DNA of 64,000 nt, taken from the human T2T-CHM13v2.0 reference genome, Homo sapiens. Below the pieces are notes generated by a model. The model was not told the DNA's origin. It did not search any database and saw only the letters and a list, made by a program, of their open reading frames with translations. The stretch lies in assembly GCF_009914755.1 (NCBI RefSeq), contig NC_060926.1; one strand, 5' to 3'. The first letter of the stretch is position 1, and the number at the start of each line of letters is the position of its first letter. Below, piece after piece: positions 29,941-48,093 of the stretch. Made by a program: the position numbers and the translations under genes.

Positions 29941-30277
29941 TTTCAGCTTTATTGAGGTACAACTGACAAACAATAATTGTGTATATTTAAGGTATACAAC
30001 ATGAGGATTTGTTGTATGTACACATTATGGAATGATCACCACAATCAAGCTAACACATTCATCACCTTACATAGTTACCTGTTTTGTGTATGCATGGTGA
30101 GAACAGCTAAAATCAACTCTCTTAGCAAACTTCAAGTGTACGATACAGTATTACTCACTATAGTCACCACGTTGTCCATTAGGCCCTTCAGAACTTATTC
30201 ATTTCATGATGAAAAATGTATATATTTTGATACCATTTCCCCCTTCCCTCCTTGGCAGCCACCACTCTACTCTCTGT
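29941..30277 (-). mobile_element. L1MA9/L1MB-like 3' end
   Basis: CAGCTTTATTGAGGTACAACTGACAAA...TATATTTAAGGTATACAACATG...ACCACAATCAAGCTAA. Confidence 0.85.
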
Positions 30278-30472
30278 AAATCATTCTTCTTGTCATTAGT
30301 CCCCTGTCAGAACTCTGTCGTGGCCCCTTCCAAACCTCCCCCTGAGCTATCAAAGCTTTCATTTACTGCCTCGGTATAATTAATTTTCAGTGCTTATTTG
30401 GCCAGATCGGACCTACAGCCCTCAGTGGTCTTTAAAGTGAAAAAAGTGAAAAGTCTTTAGCATGAAACCTTT

Positions 30473-30706
30473 GATGTGCATGTTGTGTGAGCGTATGTGT
30501 TTGAGTGTGTGGGTGTTCATGTGTAGTTTCATGAACGTGTGTGTGGGTTTTCATGTGTGTTGAGTCAGTGTGTATCATATGTTGTATATGGGTGTTATAT
30601 GTATGGTGTGAATGTACGTGTTTGTTGTGTGTGTTTTGTGTGTGTTGCATGTGCTCTGTGGCTGTGTGTTGCATGAATGTGTGTCGTGTGTGCATTGTGT
30701 GCACGT
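30473..30706. repeat. Degenerate TG-rich low-complexity tract
   Basis: Directly visible; generates the His/Thr- and Cys/Val-rich spurious ORFs. Confidence 0.9.
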
Positions 30707-33700
30707 GCCAAGTACCTGGCATGTATTTTACTAGGTGCTTAGTAAACATTTGTCACATGCAGGAAAGGCACAATTCCTGCCTCCATGAAGCTCACTGTGT
30801 AAACTCACAGGTGAATTGTCAATTCCTTAGGCACAGGGTCTGCGTTGTGTTCATTTTTCTGTCCTTCAGTGTCACACAGAGGCAGGCAACTCCGGCATAA
30901 AATGTGGGGCTCAGATGGGAAACAGGTATTGTATAATGAAACACAAATTTGCTCTCAATTCAGGTTTCCTGAAGCAGAAGCTTGTTTTCTTCAATTCACC
31001 TTTGCACACACTACACAATCCCATTCACTATTATGTTTGTCATGTATTATCCCTCCACGCTCTGCAGGTGGGTAGGGATTTGTTGGATTTGTTCCTAGAT
31101 ACACCTCAAGTACCTGGAACACTGCCTAGTACATGGTGTGCGCACAATAAAAAATTGGTTTAATGATCAAATGTAAGAGTAAATGAGTTCCGGCACATGT
31201 GGTCCACATCCGGGTTTTTAGCAGAACATAGGTATTATGATGTCTGTCACAGTTCACTCTAAATCTCAGCTGGTCTTGGCAAGCAGCTGCTTGGGGACTC
31301 TTCCTCTTGCTCCTGTCAGGCCCTAGTGTTAATCTGCATCCTGCAGGGTTTCCCTCTTAGGCTGTCATCATGGAGCTGGCCCCCGGGAGATGGCTCATCC
31401 TGCTTGGTCAATGGCCACGCTGTGCCCTTGGGTCCTTGCTGCAGCCTGTGCACTGTATGCCATTGACCCAGGGGTCTGGGACATCCAGCCACCCGGTGCT
31501 GACCACCATGGACTTTGCTGTTGCCTGCAGATGTCCGCCCCCCAACCCCCTGGTTTCTCTCCAGGCATCTTCTGTTCCTCTGGTTTCTCTCGCAACTTCT
31601 ATCCCCCTCCTCGGTGCCTAGGAATTCTTGTCAGCTTCCTCCGCTTTGCCAGAGGCAGCCCTTGCAGCTGTGGAGCCACGTGTCACTGAGCACTGCCTTC
31701 TGGAAAGAGACTGCCATTTCCAGGCTGCTCCTCCACCAGCCCGGTGACTCAGTTTCTACTCCTTCTTCTGGAGTTGACCATCAGAGCTGAGCTCTTGCCT
31801 TCCTTCTTTCTCCTTCTGCAGATCTTCCCTCTAGCTCTACAGGAAGGGCCTCCCTGGCTGTGTGGTCAGAAGGTCTCCACTGTCCAAGTCCAGCCTGGCT
31901 TACTCTAGGGTTTATGGGTCCAGTCTTCCTCCATGACTCTTGAGATGTCAAGCCCAGTTTGGGGAGTTCAAAAATACCATTTTCTCTCTCTCAACAAAGC
32001 CTAGCACATTTTTTAAAACCACATTTTAACATTTCTGAAATTAGGATGCATCTTGCAATGGATAGTAGGTCCTAGTTATTTGGCAGCATTTTTTTTCTTA
32101 TTGTACATATTACAGCTAACGATATTTTTGCTTAGGCTGTTGTCTTGCTATGGATTTAAACTCTATACTGGAGTTTAAAGCCATGCAACACTTTTTTGTT
32201 CTCAGCCTTCATCTTCCTCACCTCAAGGTAATAGATGCCTCTCCTTTAAAAATGTGAAGCTGCCAGGCAACCAGAATCAAGAAAAGGGCAGCCCTGGAAG
32301 ATATACGTTTGTTTCATACATTCAAAAATAGGATTCCCAGTACCTAAGATCACCCTTTGAATCAATACACATGGGGCTGGACCACCTTAAGGCCATGGAC
32401 TGGTTTCCATGCTATACTTTTAAATAAGGTCAAAGAAAAAATGTGTCCATCTCACAGGGGCCTGGCCTTCCTGGAAGAAGAAAACATACTGGTCAGTAAA
32501 TAAGAATAGCTGGGCCCTTTGGCAGTTATAGATGTAATTTTCCACGAATAAGGCAGAATTGCATTCCACGCCTCTGTCTCATGAGAACATAATGAGTGTG
32601 AGACATGGAGAGACTGCATTTCTGAGTCAGGCCTGCTGAGATACAGGCCTAAAACTTTTATACTGAAGTCAGAGTTTTCTGTGTCAGTTCTCTCTCTCTC
32701 CCTGTCTCCTATGCACACATGCGCACAGAATAATGAGTGAGTGGACATGAAATAGAGAAGTGCTGTACCTGGCAATAGCAACTGAATCTAAAAAAAACAG
32801 TTTACTAACAGGCGTGAGTGAGGGGCGCTCAGTTATGAGTTGGTGATTTTAAGTATCAGGATCAGGTATGGGCCAGGTTTGTTCAAGCGAAAAATTGTAG
32901 TTAATATTCAGAAGGGCCTCGTGAAACCCAAGAGCAAGGACATAGCCATGTTTCTGGAAGAACTGGGACCAGCCAGGGAGGTTGTCTGCCAGGGTCTGAA
33001 GGAATCATTCTTCATTTCTTGTCTCCATTCCTTGCTTTTCTCTCTCTCTCTTTGAAAACTGGCTTTCCTTGTTTTCAGAAAACACAGTCACTCTGCATCT
33101 CCCAAGTGATGTTCAGAGCTAAACACTTTGTTTTGACTCCATCTATAACACATATGCATTAACTCCATGTATTTCAATGTAAAATTCTTGGGGAGAGCAT
33201 GTGAATGCTGTAGCTTTGGGTCTAGCAAATATTCTTGGCCCCACCAGTCATGGCCAAGGTGTCTTTTAGGCTCATGCCTGTAGACTGAAAGCAGGGATCA
33301 GGGAAATTGGTTTACTTTAGTAAGAAATATAGGCATGCTGAGCAAATATCAACTGAGTAAACATCAACTGAAATACATAGAAATCATGAAAGATGGAATG
33401 CAGTATACTCACTCTATTTCCTTAAGGTACTTCTGCATTCCGATGCAATGTTTGTTGATTCAAAGGATAATGTAATAAAATGCCAAAGTTTTATCAATCA
33501 GAGACATTTGACTGCACATGTAATAATTCCATGCTATCTTTATTATCTGTGAAATTGTGTTTGTGTCTTATGGGACAAGTGTCATGAAACTCATTTTGAG
33601 AAGCAAGCTGAGATTTTGTAATAAATACATTTAGCTTTTTTTTGGAATGAGGCATACCCAGAGGTCCATGTTTAAAACAAATTAGAGTAAATCAAAGTAG

Positions 33701-33785
33701 CATTTACCATAAATATTAACGGTAAATGAAAAGGCTAGGGGAAATCTTTTTAAATTGTATCAAAATAATACTTTGTTTATACATA

Positions 33786-34107
33786 GGACAGCCACAGTGG
33801 CTCACACTTGTAATCCCAGCACTTTGGGAGGCCAAGGCAGACAGATCACCTGAGGTCAGGAGTTCCAGACCAGCCTGGCCAACATGGCGAAACCCCACCT
33901 CTACTAAAAATACAAAAATGTTAGCTGGTCATGGTGGCGTGCACCTATAATCCCAGCTACTTGGGAGGCTGAGGCAGGAGAATCTCTTGAGCCCTAGAGG
34001 TGGAGTTTGCAGTTAGCCGAGATCACGCCATTGCACTCCAGCCTGGGTGACAGAGTGAGACTGTGTCTTAATAAAATAAAATAAAATAAAATAAAATAAA
34101 ATAAAAT
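33786..34107 (+). mobile_element. AluS SINE with (TAAAA)n tail
   Basis: Full dimer; CACCTGAGGTCAGGAG. Confidence 0.95.
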
Positions 34108-34431
34108 AATGTAACATGAATTCAATGTAAAAAAATTTAGAAATATGCCTACAGTGCCTCATATGGGTCTTTCTTGGTTGATAGGAATGAGACTTGGCAG
34201 AGATTAGGAAGGAGATGGTGAACAAGAGGGAGAAGGAGAGAGGTGAAAGGGATGGAAAGGGGAAGAGGGAAAGAGAAAGGGGTTTATCTTGTGAGATCAC
34301 CTAAGTAAAGTACTCACACACTACCTCCTCTATTCTTGAGGCAGGGAAAGGTTAGACAAGGGTGCTGTGGGAGCTGGCAGGGTGGACACCTGTATTAGTC
34401 TGTTTCTGCACTGCTGTAAAGAAATACCCGA

Positions 34432-34785
<354 letters not shown>

Positions 34786-34927
34786 TCACAATTCCACATG
34801 GCTGGGGAAGCCTCGGGAAACTTATAATCATTGTGGAAGGGGAAGCAAGTGCATCTGACATGGTGGCAGGCGGGAGAAGTGAAGTGAGAGCACAGGAAAA
34901 ACTGCCACTTTTAAAACCATCAGATCT

Positions 34928-35239
<312 letters not shown>

Positions 35240-36325
35240 TCACCCACTATCACGAGAACAGCATGGGGGAACCACCGCCATAATCCAATCACCTCCCATC
35301 AGGTTCCTCCCTTGACACATGGAGATTACAATCCAAGATGAGATTTGGGTGGGGACACAGAGCCAAACCATATCCTCACCCTTGCGGCTTGCCAGGCTGA
35401 TGGCAGGGAACCTCTCATGGTGGCTCTTCCTCGGCTACCACACAACCGTCTAGAGTCCATTGATTGTTTAGCACATGCTGCCTTTACTCTGTAGAGTGTC
35501 TTGCTAGGAAAACCACAGGAGAGAACACATGCTTGCAACTCCCTTCATCATCTTTGCATCAAGAATAATTCTTGTCTCAACAACAAACAAACAAACGAAA
35601 CCAATAACGAAAATTCTTCATCATATTTGCATCAAGAGTAATTCTAGCTTGGATTTAGACTGGCACAAACAATGTCTCCTGTTCTTCTTGGTCGTAGCTC
35701 TTGATAAACTTATTATTGTTTCATGGACTGGGAGCTTCCTGGGGAAGTGAAGGGGAGAGTTTCTGGCATGGGTTGAGGACAGTCATGAAGGTATGTTCAG
35801 AATGAAGTCACATGTAGCAGTCAGGATAGATAGGCAAGATACAAGGAAGAAGTGGGGTATCTAAAAGGGAGAAAGAAACACAGAAAGTTGGGCCTTGTTA
35901 GGCCCTTCCAGCCCCACTGTGGCACTCACTGCTGGGGTATCAGCTGACATGGTTAGGTGAAGTCCTCCTGGTGGTCTTGGGTGTAATATTTCAAAGCAGT
36001 GCTCACATTAATAAAAACAAGGTCTAATTAGTTGTCTGTGCTTCTAAAGGAAGACTGAGGAATGCGAAGAGGGTCTGTAATACACAGTTTCCCAGGGGCC
36101 CATCCATGAACAAAACTCTTTTGTGATGCCTGGGATGCAATAAGACACGGAATTTGAAATGGTTCTTCCCAGAAGACTTATTGCTGAGTAGGTCACAAAC
36201 CATTGACGAGGAGTGGAATACAGTCAAGAGTGAATGAGTAGACAATCAGGAAAAATCAAAGAAGAAAATAGTGTCTTCAGCTCCAACCATTACCTTTTTT
36301 GAGGGACTGATTAGAAGGTTTAGAT

Positions 36326-37040
36326 CAGTGGTTCTTAACTTCAACAGCCTTATAATGCTCTTTTTCTTAATAACTATTTCATAATATCCCCTAAGTGAAA
36401 TTCATTGACAACATAACCTACTTAAGCATGATATTAAAAATTTAAATGTATTACCTTAGCTATAATGTAAAGAAGATATAAAAGGTAGTCCATATTCAGT
36501 TTCATACATACATGTGTAGACACGACTGAGCTAGAAGACAGAAAGGAGTTGTCAGATGCTTGAGCTATACACAGAGAAGTCTTTAATGCAGCAGCTGCAA
36601 ATGCAGGCTGAAACAGCTTGTGCCTCGCTGGAGAGCCAAATAACATGAGTGGCATTGCTGTTGGGGATGTGGTTTTCTTCCTCCCATGGTGAAAGATCTT
36701 TTATAAACTTACAGAAGAAAATCAAGTTTAACTTGTCCTCAATTGACATGGTAGCTGCTTTTCTGGAAAATTTATACGTATTAAAACTGTGCGAAAAATA
36801 CTTTGTGTTTATATGACAAACAGAGCTAGGCTTCAGACTCAGATTTTTATCTCCATTGAGGTCTGGTGAGATGTTTGAAAGGTTTTTTTTTTTTTTTAAG
36901 GATAGAGGACAATTTGTTGTGCTGTGCTGTTCTAGGTGTTGCAAAATGTCTAGTAGCCCCAACTTCTGCCTGGTAGATGCACACCCAACCAAAAATACTC
37001 CCGCTTGTATTTAAAACTCACTTAGGTTATAGCTAATTCC
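36326..37040 (+). mobile_element. hAT-Charlie DNA transposon fossil (MER20B-like)
   Basis: Begins CAGTGGTTCTTAAC; colinear with the 56549-57236 copy (shared CAGATGCTTGAGCTA and GCTAGGCTTCA). Confidence 0.65.
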
Positions 37041-37699
37041 CAGGCACTGTCTGTAGAGATTCTGCTCAGGTAGGGCTCTAGAATGTCCAAGAGGCTGCAC
37101 AGCTAGGCATGGGAACCACGGATTCAAGCCATCCCTCTCTCTGACTCACCAGATCCCTCTGACATATCTTGGGCCAGTGGCTGTCCAGCCTGGGTTTTAA
37201 GGAGCTGGGTTTCAGTGAAGAATGTCAGTAGGTTCAGTTCTCTTCCCAGCCCTTTTAATGCAGAGGCCCCCTTGTCAGCCTAGAAGGCTGTTCTAAGCTC
37301 CTGTGCAAACCCCTCTTGTGAACCCTTGGGTGTGGCCATCCTGGAGATGGTTGACTGGTGATCCAGATTTCAGCCTCTCCCTTCTCTGCTTTGCCCAGTG
37401 TCATGTTCAGGCCCCCGGCTTTGTCAAAAGAGAGAAACACTTTTCCCTGGGTCTCAATCCTTTGAAGTTCCATTGGGTGAGTCAGCTCCCCACTTAGCTT
37501 CAGAAGGATCCAGGACAGGTTGTCCTAAAATTAATACCTGCACATTCATGGACAGTGCATGGTGAGAGGAGGCAAAGATGGCAGAGACAACTATAACTGG
37601 TTGTGGAAAAGAGTTGAGGGAGAGAAGAGAAAATATTATTAAATGGAAGAGATTGAAAAATACTGAAATCAAGTGCAAGAACCTTTAATGGGCAGAGTT

Positions 37700-37947
37700 A
37701 AATGACACATTTATTCATCCAATAAATATATAAAATGCATCTACCACCTACTAGGCTTCATTCAAGACAATGATAATACGGCAGTGTATAAAACAGACCA
37801 AAACCTACCCTCATGAAGCTTACATTCTAGAGGGGGTAGACAGTTAATTAACAAGAACAAGAAGTAATATATATAGTAAGTCAGATGGTGACACATGCTA
37901 GGAAACCCCAGTAGGGACTTCAGGTAAGACAGAGATGTGTGTGTGTG

Positions 37948-37988
<41 letters not shown>

Positions 37989-38150
37989 CCATGCAACATC
38001 CAATGATCTGGGATACCTATTTGGCAACAAGAGAGGAAAATCTCTTTGGCAATAGTGATTTGGATGTTAGTAGTGTAGGAGGAATGAGAAAGCCATACTG
38101 CAATTATCAGGACAGGAAATGATTCAAGTTTGGATAGAACTTTTTAACAA
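37700..38150 (-). mobile_element. L2 fragment with (TG)n at 37935-37986
   Basis: ATTTATTCATCCAATAAATAT...CCCTCATGAAGCTTACATTCTAG. Confidence 0.75.
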
Positions 38151-38734
38151 TGAAAAATGAAGAGAAACAAAACCACTTTCACATGGCAATAATTAAATTT
38201 CTGAGTTTACGTAAAGAATCTTATGAAACTTCTCATTCCAACCTTTTGTTTCCTTTAAGTTCTTTATTATCTTTGAGTGTTTAGATTTCAATTCTCGACA
38301 GTTCTTCACATATTGAATGAGTTTGCTCTCCTATCACACAGAGATCAAGTTATCTATGCATTTTACACTTGGTTACTTTAGACTTGAGTATTTGTGTCGA
38401 AATACCCTCCTTTTTAAATGTGGTTTTGGTTGATGCTTTTGGAATGAGGAATTTATCAGCTGTGGTGACTCGTATATACTCTGTTAGCCAGAAATACTAG
38501 CTTACTCTTTACCCGAAAACTCCCTATTCCAAAATGACATCACACTATGAGTTTATGCCTAATGAAGCTCCAGTAACATTTGCTTATTTGCATAGTAGAA
38601 ATACTGTCAGGTACACGAATTTTCAGTAATTTTCTCAATACCTCTATGGTATTACTGAATAGGTATATCATGCTCATTTTATACGTTCAAAGAGGCTGAG
38701 TATATAAATACCCAAATATAATGAATGTTTGGCA

Positions 38735-38975
38735 GGTAATGATCATCTCTATCATTGACTATGTTTAAATACTTTTTATGTATTAACTTATTCTCTCAAC
38801 AACCCAATAAGCTGGGGACTATTGATAACATTATTTTGCCATCAAGGGAATTGAGGCATAAGAGAAGTTAAGTAACTTGCTTAGTGCCACACAGATAGTA
38901 TATTGTAGAGCTGGGATACATTTGGGGCAGTTGGGCTCCATTGCCTATGCTAGTAACCATCATTCTGCACTTCCT
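38735..38975 (-). mobile_element. MIR
   Basis: GGAATTGAGGCATAAGAGAAGTTAAGTAACTTGCTTAGTGCCACACAG. Confidence 0.8.
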
Positions 38976-39210
38976 CTAGTTCTAAAGAGCAAATCTCAAA
39001 CTCCTACATGTTTTAGGGTGATTTTTAACTTTACACACAATGGCAGTGGTCAGTGGTAGAACAGTAAAAGGCAGCAATGTGAAGGGGGAAAACGATCAGT
39101 TTTGGAGAGTGTGTTGGATCCCGGTTCAGTTATTTTACTCATTGGGTAATCTTGGGCAAGTTCCTTAACTTCTCTAGGATGTCTGTTGCTGTCTACAAAA
39201 CAAGAGTAGT

Positions 39211-39546
39211 AGCCAGTGTGGTGGCTCACTCCTGTAATCCCATAGTTTTGGGAGGCTGATACAGGAAGATCACTTGAGGCTGAGAGTTTGTGCCCAGCTT
39301 GGGCCACATAGCAAGACCCTGTCTCTAAAGAATAAAAAAGTAAACAATAAATAAGCTGGGTGTGGTGGTCCAGGCCTGTAGTCCCAGCTACTTGGGAGGC
39401 TGAGGTGAGAGGAATACTTGAGCCCAGGAGATTGAGGCTGCAGTGAGCCAAGATGGTGCTACTGCACTCCAGCCTGGGTGACAGAGTGAGACCTTGTCTC
39501 AACAACAAACAAACAAAAGAAATCAACAATGAAACCCCAAAAACCT

Positions 39547-39586
<40 letters not shown>

Positions 39587-39598
39587 AACCAAAACAAG
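39211..39598 (+). mobile_element. AluJ SINE with (CAA)n-expanded tail, inserted in a MIR
   Basis: CACTTGAGGCTGAGAG...CATAGCAAGACCCTGTCTCT...TTGAGGCTGCAGTGAG; (CAA)n at ~39548-39585. Confidence 0.92.
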
Positions 39599-40075
39599 AA
39601 CTCCTTCCCAAAGAAAAGTAGTAAACCATTCATGGTTATAAGCATTAAATGTGATGTCCTATTAAAGTGTCTAAATCATGGTCAGGAACCCGATAGGTGC
39701 TTGAAATCTAGAAATTTCATTCCTACATAAGGGCCAATTATTGAGCATAGGTCAGATGACCAGTTAAGAAAGCTGCGGTGCAGTAAATTGGAAAGGGAAT
39801 TGGTGATGTTGGGGAATTCAGGGCAGGATTTGTACCCCCTAAAGGAGCAGTTCAAATCTCAATGATGACTTAGGATGTAGGTCCTTATGGTGAACCTGAC
39901 AGGGGCTGCTGTGCTGTGAAGTATTGCTTTGAAATCGGGGTCAGGGGTGAAGCAGCTGTTGACGAGGGTGCCCCTCTCTTCTGACCTCTTGGCCTGCCCT
40001 TTCTTCTTGCTCCTATGTAGACACTTTCATGAACTACACAGTGGTCTCAGAGGGCTGCAGAAGCTTTATGTAGAG

Positions 40076-40560
40076 CAGACGTTCTTGAACTTTCGGTCTA
40101 AAGACACCTTCGTACTCTTAAAAACTCTCAGAACTTTAAAGAGCTTCTGTCTACCTGGTTAATTCTATTGATATTAAGCACATTAGACATGAAAACTGAG
40201 AAATTAAAAAAATAAATTTTTAACAATTATTTAAAAATGCCGATAAACTCATTGCCTGTTAACATAAATCTCTTTTATAAAAACAATTATTTTTAAAAAA
40301 CGAAAGTATCAAAAAGAATTACCTTTTTTTACTTTGTTTACATTGTTCTGGAAATCTCTTTAATGCATTGCTCAACAGAATACAGATAAGTTCTCATATC
40401 TGCTTCTGCATTCAATGTTGGAGAAGTTCTGCATCATGCGGTCTCTGGAAAAGTCCACTGTACGTGTGTATGAAAAAGACACATACCATGTTTGAATTAT
40501 TATGAAAGTAGTTTTGACCTTGAAGACTCTGAAAGGATCTCAGGAACCTTTGAGAACTGA
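40076..40560 (+). mobile_element. Charlie4-like hAT DNA transposon fossil
   Basis: ACTCTTAAAAA...AAAGAGCTT...AAAACTGAGAAATT...TTATGAAAGTAGTTTTGACCTTG...TTTGAGAACTG. Confidence 0.75.
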
Positions 40561-41074
40561 TAATATAACGTATCTTTTTCTTGGTAATAATGTTTTTGAA
40601 CATTCTCAGTATTCCCTCTCAGCTTCCTCCTGGTGCCTGTGTTCAAGCAATCACAATTGCTAATGATTCTTCTTGCAAAATTCTTAGGTTTGGCAACCCT
40701 GGAAATAGTAGATTTGATCTTTAGCTGTCTCCCTCACTCTTATCTTTCCTCTTTCCTTGACAGCTGTTCTTTCCTTTTCACTCTTGGTGGCACAAGCTTG
40801 GGAGGTTTTCCATCCAGGCTGGTGCCTCTTAACTTCTCTCTCTGCCTCTAGGGCCTGACAGCTGCCAGGCTGTCCTTTATCTGACATTGTTCACAGTTTA
40901 CTTCCTTCCCCCAAAGTCTTGGTTTTGACTAAAATGTATTAATTCTTGGTTATGTTTTATAAAGATATCAAAAACTTTTTCAACCAAAGTTTAAAAAAGA
41001 ATTTGCAGGGTGGGGGTGGGCATGTGTAAAGAATCTCAGGCATCTTCACTGATGAACTTCAGAAACTGTGTCAG

Positions 41075-44480
<3,406 letters not shown>

Positions 44481-44659
44481 CGTGAAGCGGTGTTGATGGC
44501 AGAGACTATTCTGCCCCTGAGCCCACGATGTGCCTGGCACTGTTCTTGTCGGTGCACTCAACCCTTCCTGTCTTAGGCTGCTCTCTCTGCAGTCTGTTCA
44601 GGGTCTTTCCAAATTACCAGCTTTTTCTGGGTACTTCAGATACCTGCATCACTACTTTC

Positions 44660-44967
44660 TTTCTTTTCTTTCTTTTTTTTTTTTGAGACAGAATTTCGCT
44701 CTTGTTGACCAGGCTGGAGCGCAATGGCACAGATTTCGGCTCACCGCAACCTCCGCCTCCTGGGTTCAAGTGATTCTTCTGCCTCAGCCTTCCGAGTAGC
44801 TGGGATTACAGGCATGTGCCACCACGCCCAGCTAATTTTGTATTTTTAGTAGAGACGGGTTTTCTCCATGTTGGTCAGGCTGGTCTCGAGCTCCCGAGCT
44901 TAGGTGATCCGTCCACCTCGGCCTCCAAAAGTGCTAGGATTACAGGCATGAGCCACCATGCCCGGCC
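44660..44967 (-). mobile_element. AluSp-like SINE
   Basis: TTTCGCTCTTGTTG and TCTCCATGTTGGTCAGG; TSD TGCATCACTACTTTC (44645, 44968). Confidence 0.95.
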
Positions 44968-46031
44968 TGCATCACTACTTTCAAGAAGATAGCAGAGAAA
45001 ACAGAAAAAGCAATCAATACTTTCTCAATCACCATGTTCTTCCTGAGGGTCTCTCCTTCTCTTGAGACTGCAGAAGGAAGAAACTCTCATCCTAGTAAAC
45101 TTGTGGCTTTCCTCTTCTTTTAAACTTTTACATGCTGGGACTCATTCTTCGTGTTCTTAGGAAAACCTGGGTTCTGGGTGCATACCTACACCTGTTTTTC
45201 ACGGGCATCTTCTAATTTAGAGACTGTTTCCCTGTGTCATTATTTTCATGCCCAGATTTAGCTGGGATATTGCTAGGTTATTTACAAGCACACAGCTAAT
45301 ATGTCAAAGGAACAAGGCAGAGGACCATAACTCATTTTTTTTTCTTGGAGAATAAACAAAAAGGAATGACAAAAATGTAGAACATGGTAAGATTTTACAA
45401 TTTTATTGGCTAATATAATGCTATCTAAAATCTGTTTTTTTTAAAATCAAAAGGTAATAAACACTCTGTTGCTGATTTTATGAACCTATGCCTGGGAACC
45501 ACAGTGTTGCCTCTGCTGGATATCACTGTGGGGGCAGCAGAACTTTGTGGGCGGTACCTACAATAAAAAATGCTTTACGCTGTTCTTTGTAGCTGACTGC
45601 TTCTGACATTCTGAGCATTGATCGAGTTGCCTATGAATGTTTTGGGACAGGGGATGAAGACACTCCTCACCCCTACAAAGTACATGCATTCCTATCTCTG
45701 AAGCTCTTATATTTATTTTTACTAAAAAATTAGAATATAGGCATGAATCCATGTATTTACAAAGTATTATGTTAATGAATGTAACAATTATAATGTTATT
45801 CAAACTGAGAATCTAATATACAGAGGATATGTGAGAGCAGGTAGGATTTGATCAAGCAATGAAATACAGAACGAATGATCACCTGGTTGATCAAAAGGAA
45901 AGAGGAAGAGTGTGAAGAAGATTCTTGCTCGAGTACGGATTTAAAACGACCAGATTGTCCATTTTGGATGAAGACTGGCTTTCTAGAGAAGGACTTTTGT
46001 TCTAGAGTCCCTGAATTATCTAAACCTTAAG

Positions 46032-46231
46032 CAGCTATGTCCAATGAACATTTTGCGGTGAAGGAATGTCCTATATCTGTTCTGTCTAATATGATAGCCT
46101 CTAGCAATGTGTGGGTATTGAGCTCTTGAAATGTGGCTAGTGCAACTGAGGGATTACATTTTTTATTTCATTTAATTTAAAATAATTTAAATAGTCATGT
46201 TTCCAGAGGCTACATGAATTGCACAGCACAG
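46032..46231. mobile_element. MER3-like hAT MITE
   Basis: TGTCCAAT...TTGAGCTCTTGAAATGTGGCTAGTGCAACTGAGG...ACAGCACAG. Confidence 0.85.
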
Positions 46232-46526
46232 ATCTGGAGGAATAAAAGGGAATCCAGTAGCCACCTTCTGAGACTCCATGCCTAAGTCACACTCAGGGGA
46301 ACTCTGCCCAAAATCTTGTCCAGTTCTGGGTCCTAAGTCTTTCATGCCATTACTGGGGAATTCACTTGATAGGCTTCTATTATTCTCTGTCTCAGGAGGA
46401 CTCAAGATCAGTGGCTTTGGCCTCTGAGGACAAACAAGCTTATATTCTAAATGGTATGCTGAGCTTTTCAGCAGGTCTAACTATCCCAGAGTAGGAACAA
46501 CTCAGCACTGCCATCCAGGCTCTTAA

Positions 46527-46965
<439 letters not shown>

Positions 46966-47544
46966 GGATAACAGTAATTCTTGATGGAAAGCCATTCACC
47001 TATTGCTGAGCTGTTGCCAAGTTGTTTGTTCTGAAGAAATACAAGAGGAATGGTTGGGTGTGAATGTAATAGTTGGACATTAGGGAAATGATTAAGCAAA
47101 TATGGCACTCCTGCATCTGACCAGATTTTTCTTCTTCCTTTGCTGATAGTGGCCTGCTCTTCACTCTTCCAAGTATCTTTACTAGTGGAGACTTACCTCT
47201 CATGGGCTCTGTTAGTTCCCAGAAAATCACTGAATGACAACACTAGAAACAAAATCATTCTAGTTAACATTTCCTCAAAAGTACATAGTTATAGCTACTT
47301 CTTTTACTCAAAATAGTATATTCAAAACTAAACCTATTTGACCATCTCATAGCTCTCAGCTTTTGTTTGCTGGTCATAATAATAATCTTAAGGAAGCCCT
47401 TTGTAATTGGACATTGCTCAGAGGTGATGCTGGAGAAGGGAGGATAGGTGTTGTTTAATTCTGAGACACCTTGCATGCTAGACTGAAGTTATACGGTACA
47501 AGATAAGCCATGGAGAACTGTGACACATTCCTGAGTACAGTCAT

Positions 47545-48093
47545 TGTTTTGATGATCTATTATTTTGCTAGAATCTACCCTGAAACTTGATGACTCAAAA
47601 CAACAGTGTATTATTATCTCTCATGATTTTGTGGGTTGATGAGGCTCAGCTAGGTGGTTCTCATTTGGGGCCTGTCATGCAGTTGTAGCCAGACAGCCAC
47701 TAACTAGAATTGACTGGCCTAACATCCAAGATGGTGCACTGCCATGGCTGGAATGTACTTTGGCTGACAGCTGGGGCTGTGGACTGGAGCACCTGTACAT
47801 GGTATACATGTGGCTCGAGCTTCCTAACACTATGGTGGTCTCGGGACAGTCATGGTCCTTACCTGGCAAGCTCTGGGCATCAAGACTGAGTGTTCTAAGA
47901 GTCCCAGGAAGAACCTGAAAGGCTTTTTATGATTGAGCTCAGAAATCCCAGAAAGTCAATTCCACCATATTCTATTGGTTGAAATTGTTTGAACAAGTCA
48001 ATAAGCCAGTCCAGATTCAAGAGGAGGAAAATTAGACTTTACCTCTAAATTAGATGAGAAGCAAAGAATTTGCAGTTATCTTTAGTTTACCAC
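47545..48093 (-). mobile_element. MLT1G/H-like solo LTR
   Basis: AAAACAACA...TTATCTCTCATGATTTTGTGGGTTGA...GGCTCAGCTAGGTGGTTCT...CATCCAAGATGG...CCAGATTCAAGAGGAGG. Confidence 0.8.

Noticed and set aside
30432-30900. His/Thr-rich and Cys/Val-rich ORFs
   Set aside because: Translations of a degenerate (TG)n tract.
31230-31990. Moderately GC-rich segment with overlapping short ORFs
   Set aside because: Possibly an old LTR, but I could not assign a family and found no exon or coding signal.
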